Below, one piece after another: positions 60,290-64,000 of a DNA stretch of 64,000 nucleotides; position 1 is the stretch's first letter; every line of letters begins with the position of its first letter. Where the stretch lies: contig OZ245046.1 in NCBI GenBank assembly GCA_965224245.1, positions 64,001 through 128,000 of the forward strand. Direction: 5' to 3'. The position numbers and the translations under genes were made by a program. The notes beneath the pieces were generated by a model that had not been told where the DNA came from, ran no database searches, and worked only from the letters and a program-made list of their open reading frames with translations. Source of the DNA: Candidatus Eiseniibacteriota bacterium (lineage in GTDB: Bacteria > Eisenbacteria > RBG-16-71-46 > CAZAMP01).

Positions 60290-62361
60290 ACGCGAATCAC
60301 CACCACACGAAAACCGGAGCCACATCCATGCGAGCACTCACCATCACGGCGCTCCTGACGAGTATCGTCGCGCTCGATGCGCGCGCCCAGAACGAGATCG
60401 GTCCCGGTGAGGGTCCCACCCGGCTCCCGCTGGACGAGCCGCGTGCGGCCGCCGTCGTACCGGGTCGGATGGGCTTCCAGGGCTTCTTGACCGACACCGG
60501 CGGCTCACCGCTGGATGGCATGGTCAACCTGGATCTGGCGCTCTACTCGACGGACAGCGGTGGGACCGAGTTCTGGGCCGAGACGCAGACGGACGTCATC
60601 GTGAGTCAGGGCATCTTCTCGATCCAGCTCGGCGCCGTGTCGCCCCTCGTTCCGGGCGACTTCGACGGATCCGCCATCTATCTCGGCATCCGCGTGGACG
60701 GCGGCGCGGAGATGGTTCCCCGCACCGAGCTCCTCACGAGCCCGTACGCCTTCCACTCGCTGGACGCCGACCAGCTCGGCGGAATGGGGCCGGCGGGCTA
60801 CGTCGAGACCGCCGGCGACGACATGAGCGGTCCGCTCGGACTCCACGGTGGTGTCCAGGCGCTCACCCACGGAGGAGTCTCGGAGCGCGTGTCGTCGACC
60901 ACCGACATCATCGTTCGGAAGTACTACTTCGATGGACAGGCCGATGGATGGAGCCGGGAGGCGCGAATCGTTCTGTCGTTCAACGGAGTCGGGGACACGC
61001 CGACCGGTGGCGCCGGAACGGCTACCGTGTACCTCAACGGTGCCGTTCACACGATCATCGACGTTTCGGCGAGCGGGGGACGTGCGTGGACGTACGTCGT
61101 GGACCTCGGAACGCTCGCGAACAACTGGAGCGCCGACGTGTACGTGCGCTCCGACGACCCGGCCTCGCCGATGTTCATCCGCGACATCTCGCTCGACCTC
61201 GGGGGTAGCGTGCTCGCGCCATCCGGCAACACGCTGGACGAGGCTTACGACGAGGGCGGGTTCGGTGAGGGTCGCACCATCAACGCCACCTCGGGGGCGG
61301 TCGAGATCACCGGGAGCGGAGGTCTCGAGGCACACGACCACGTGTATGCGGGTGCAGCGTCCGCTCAGACCGGCCACGTGCACGTCTACGGCAGCTTCGC
61401 GGCGGATCCGCTCGTCGAGCTGACCACCCGCAACAGCGGTGGCGCGGTCTACATCCGCGACAACAACGAAGTGCGCATGCACTACTACGAGACCGACGGC
61501 TCCACGGGTGGCGGCGCATGGTGGGGGGTCTACGGCAACACGAGCTTCAGCGGGTACGTCAACATCGACGGAAACGTCGCGGGGACGGGGAACCCCTTGA
61601 TGACGATTGCCGGCTCCGGAAGCACCACGCGTTTCGACACGCGCGAGGCGGGTGATGACGCCGTGGAGCTTCCCGCAGCGTCCGTGAGCGCCGCCGAGAT
61701 CTCCGACGAGCCGGGTCTCTCACAGGGGCGGTCGTCAGGGAACGTCGCCATCACCGAGACGGCCACCATGCAGGACGTCGTGACGACGACGATCACGATC
61801 CCGGCGCCGGGCTACATTCACGTGACGGCGTCGGCGCAGTTCCGCATGACGGGAGTGGGAACGTCAGACTACGTCGGGTTTCAGATCGACGAGACCGAGG
61901 GCGGTTCGCAGGACACCAACTACTACCAATACGCCGGCTGGAGCAGCGACGCTGGCGGGGACGGCACGCACTACCGACCCGGGCACGCACAGCGGACCTA
62001 CTACAAGAGCACCGCGGGAACGTACACGTTCCGGCTCGAGGCCCGAGACGCGTCGGGAGCGTCGACGAAGTATGCCTGGAACCCCGTGGTCACGGCGCTC
62101 TATGTTCCGACGTCGTACGGAACCGTTCAGGTCCGGGTGAGTGAACCGGAGCTCGCCGGGTTCGGCGACGTCGAGCACGGCTCGACCGGAACGAACGGAC
62201 CCGGGACGGCCGATCGTGTGTCCGCCGTCGTCGATCTGAGAGAGCTGGAGCTGCGCGTCGCTCGCGCCGAGGCGGAGGCGAGGTCGGCCCGGATGGCCCT
62301 CCTCGAGGCGCAGCTCGCGGATGGGGGCAACGGGCCTCAGCGGTCGGTCACGTCGAGGTGA
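60286..62361 (+). CDS. Secreted fibre/spike-like protein with C-terminal coiled coil
   Basis: Signal peptide (alternative start 60328); MGFQGFLTDTGGSPLDG...WAETQ...GIFSIQLG...PRTELLTSPYA; GNTLDEAYDEGG; terminal heptads LRELELRVARAEAEAR. Confidence 0.7.
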   Translation: MNANHHHTKTGATSMRALTITALLTSIVALDARAQNEIGPGEGPTRLPLDEPRAAAVVPGRMGFQGFLTDTGGSPLDGMVNLDLALYSTDSGGTEFWAETQTDVIVSQGIFSIQLGAVSPLVPGDFDGSAIYLGIRVDGGAEMVPRTELLTSPYAFHSLDADQLGGMGPAGYVETAGDDMSGPLGLHGGVQALTHGGVSERVSSTTDIIVRKYYFDGQADGWSREARIVLSFNGVGDTPTGGAGTATVYLNGAVHTIIDVSASGGRAWTYVVDLGTLANNWSADVYVRSDDPASPMFIRDISLDLGGSVLAPSGNTLDEAYDEGGFGEGRTINATSGAVEITGSGGLEAHDHVYAGAASAQTGHVHVYGSFAADPLVELTTRNSGGAVYIRDNNEVRMHYYETDGSTGGGAWWGVYGNTSFSGYVNIDGNVAGTGNPLMTIAGSGSTTRFDTREAGDDAVELPAASVSAAEISDEPGLSQGRSSGNVAITETATMQDVVTTTITIPAPGYIHVTASAQFRMTGVGTSDYVGFQIDETEGGSQDTNYYQYAGWSSDAGGDGTHYRPGHAQRTYYKSTAGTYTFRLEARDASGASTKYAWNPVVTALYVPTSYGTVQVRVSEPELAGFGDVEHGSTGTNGPGTADRVSAVVDLRELELRVARAEAEARSARMALLEAQLADGGNGPQRSVTSR

Positions 62362-62472
62362 CGGGTCTCGTGGGACGGCCCGCGGGTCGAGACTGATGGC
62401 ATGGGGCGTGCCGGTCGGTGGAGAGACGGCGGGGTTGCCGAGTGACGACCATCGCGAACGCGGCGCGGAGAT

Positions 62473-64000
62473 CTATGCTTCCGACGCACTTATCCTTCGA
62501 AGCGCGACCCTGACCCGCTCGAGGATGGCGTCGAATCGCGGATCTCCCCGGAGCCCATCGAGAAACCAGTCGTGCTCGGCGATGTAGAGGTAGCTGAGCA
62601 GGCCGAGGTCAACCGCGCGCTCGATCCACCTCAGCGCCGCTTCCCGTTCTCCCGCCAGTGCGTAGCAGTGGCTCAGCTCCCGCGCGAACATCTCGTTGCT
62701 CTCGGCCGCGGCCTCGAACTCGGGAGTGATTGCCCGCACCGCACGCTCGGGCTCGCCGCGAAGTGCGTGACCGAACGACCGGGCGTACGACGCGAACACC
62801 GTCCCGGGGAACCGCTCGGCGGCCTCCTCGAGCGCCGACGCGGCCTCATCCGTCCGTCGATCGTAGGCCAGCGCCCAGCCGTAGAAGACGGCCGCGAACG
62901 GGCTCTCGGGATCCATCTCCCGGCAGCGACGATAGGCACCCACGGCGTCCGCGTACCGGCCCTCGAAGATCGGAACCAGCCCTTGCACGCCGATGACGAG
63001 GGGGGTGAGGGGATCCAGCTCGAGGACGCGCTCGAAGAGTGTCCGGGCGTCGTCGTTCCGGCCGATGTGGATGTAGACGTACCCGAGGAGGAGCATCGTG
63101 TCGGGATCGTCGGGGTCCAGCGCGTGCGCGTGCTCGCCCAGCCGGACCGCGTCGGCGATGTCGCCACGGTGGAACGCCGCCCATGCCTTGAGCCAGTGTC
63201 CCCGAGACGAGGCCGGGTTACGAACGAACACCTCGTCGGCCAGTCGGTCGATCTGCTCCACCGCCGAGCCGTCCGGATCGAGCCCGACCTCCGCGTGCAT
63301 GGCCGTGATGTGACCCAGGGTCGCGACGAGCAGCTCGTTGTCTCCCACGATCTCCCTGGCCGCGTCGATGTACCGCCTTGCGCGTTCGAGCCCCTCCGCC
63401 GAGAACCGCCAGGCCTCGTACCGCGCCCGCAGATACGACTCGTAGGCCCGGGCATCCCGGATGGGCCGGTCGGATCCGCGGACGATCTCGTCGGGCGAGA
63501 GATGTAGCCGGAGGGCTCGGGCGACCGACCGCGCCACCTGACCCTGCATCTCGAAGACGTCATCCAACGTGCCGTCGAAGGCATCGGTCCAGACCTGGCA
63601 ATCGTCCCGTGCGTCGATCAGGGCGGCCGTGATCCGGACCGCGCCACCCACTCGCCGCACGCTCCCGTCCACGAGGTAGCGGACGTCCAGATCGTGGGCG
63701 ACCGTCACCGGATCGAGCTCGCGTCCCTTGAGACGCATCGAGGATCCGCGAGAGATGACCCGGAGAGAACGGATCCGGGACAGGTCGACGATGACCTCCT
63801 CGGTGAGACCATCCACGAAGTACTCGTCCTCCGGATCCGAGCCGACGTTCCGGAATGGAATCACCGCCAGCGACGGGTTCATGTCGCTCGCGACCGCATC
63901 CGCCACGGACCGCAGCTCGGCAAGCAGCGTCGCCGCGCTCGCGTGCCGCCGGGATCGGTCTCGACTCAGGCAGCGGTGGACGGCGTGGCACAGCTTGGGC
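62473..64000 (-). CDS. Ser/Thr kinase with TolB-N-like domain and TPRs (STK7); 5' part lies outside the window
   Basis: Kinase subdomain XI remnant [23 protein letters not shown]...[12 protein letters not shown]...LRVISRGS; TPRs; terminal LRGDPRF. Confidence 0.85.
   Translation of the reverse strand, partial: PKLCHAVHRCLSRDRSRRHASAATLLAELRSVADAVASDMNPSLAVIPFRNVGSDPEDEYFVDGLTEEVIVDLSRIRSLRVISRGSSMRLKGRELDPVTVAHDLDVRYLVDGSVRRVGGAVRITAALIDARDDCQVWTDAFDGTLDDVFEMQGQVARSVARALRLHLSPDEIVRGSDRPIRDARAYESYLRARYEAWRFSAEGLERARRYIDAAREIVGDNELLVATLGHITAMHAEVGLDPDGSAVEQIDRLADEVFVRNPASSRGHWLKAWAAFHRGDIADAVRLGEHAHALDPDDPDTMLLLGYVYIHIGRNDDARTLFERVLELDPLTPLVIGVQGLVPIFEGRYADAVGAYRRCREMDPESPFAAVFYGWALAYDRRTDEAASALEEAAERFPGTVFASYARSFGHALRGEPERAVRAITPEFEAAAESNEMFARELSHCYALAGEREAALRWIERAVDLGLLSYLYIAEHDWFLDGLRGDPRFDAILERVRVALRRISASEA

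Noticed and set aside
60286-62361. Prophage tail fibre gene
   Set aside because: It has a signal peptide and no phage genes nearby; treated as a cellular fibre-like protein.
1-64000. CRISPR array, IS/transposase, integrase, reverse transcriptase/DGR, tRNA or rRNA
   Set aside because: No regularly spaced repeats or diagnostic motifs seen by eye; short RNA genes cannot be fully excluded without a covariance search.

Overview
GC-rich (about 68-70% by eye) bacterial accessory region. I found no housekeeping genes, RNA genes, CRISPR array or recognisable mobile element. Two gene classes dominate. (1) Signalling: seven Hanks-type Ser/Thr kinases (STKs) with varied C-terminal sensor domains (TolB/PD40 propellers, WD40, WD40+LamG, STAND ATPase+TPR, TolB-N/TPR), four TIGR02999-like ECF sigma factors each next to a kinase, and a PGAM5-like histidine phosphatase. 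(2) Six secreted proteins ending in a FlgD-Ig/T9SS-type C-terminal domain (CTD): a CLCA-like metalloprotease with dockerin and cohesin modules, two beta-helix proteins, a DUF6345-like putative Cys protease, a Gly-rich repeat protein, and a small CTD protein coupled to a fibre-like protein. The window also encodes a subtilase, a tyrosinase-vWA fusion, a radical SAM enzyme, a Prx6 peroxiredoxin, an arylamine N-acetyltransferase, a fasciclin lipoprotein and two pseudogene relics. The CTD style suggests an FCB-group candidate lineage such as Eisenbacteria, Latescibacterota or Krumholzibacteriota (inference). The most notable pattern is that a short N-terminal helical module occurs in all four ECF-adjacent kinases and in neither complete ECF-less kinase, which suggests a sigma-docking domain in a kinase -> phospho-ECF circuit with a eukaryote-like phosphatase nearby. 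All family assignments come from motifs read by eye; no database searches were run.
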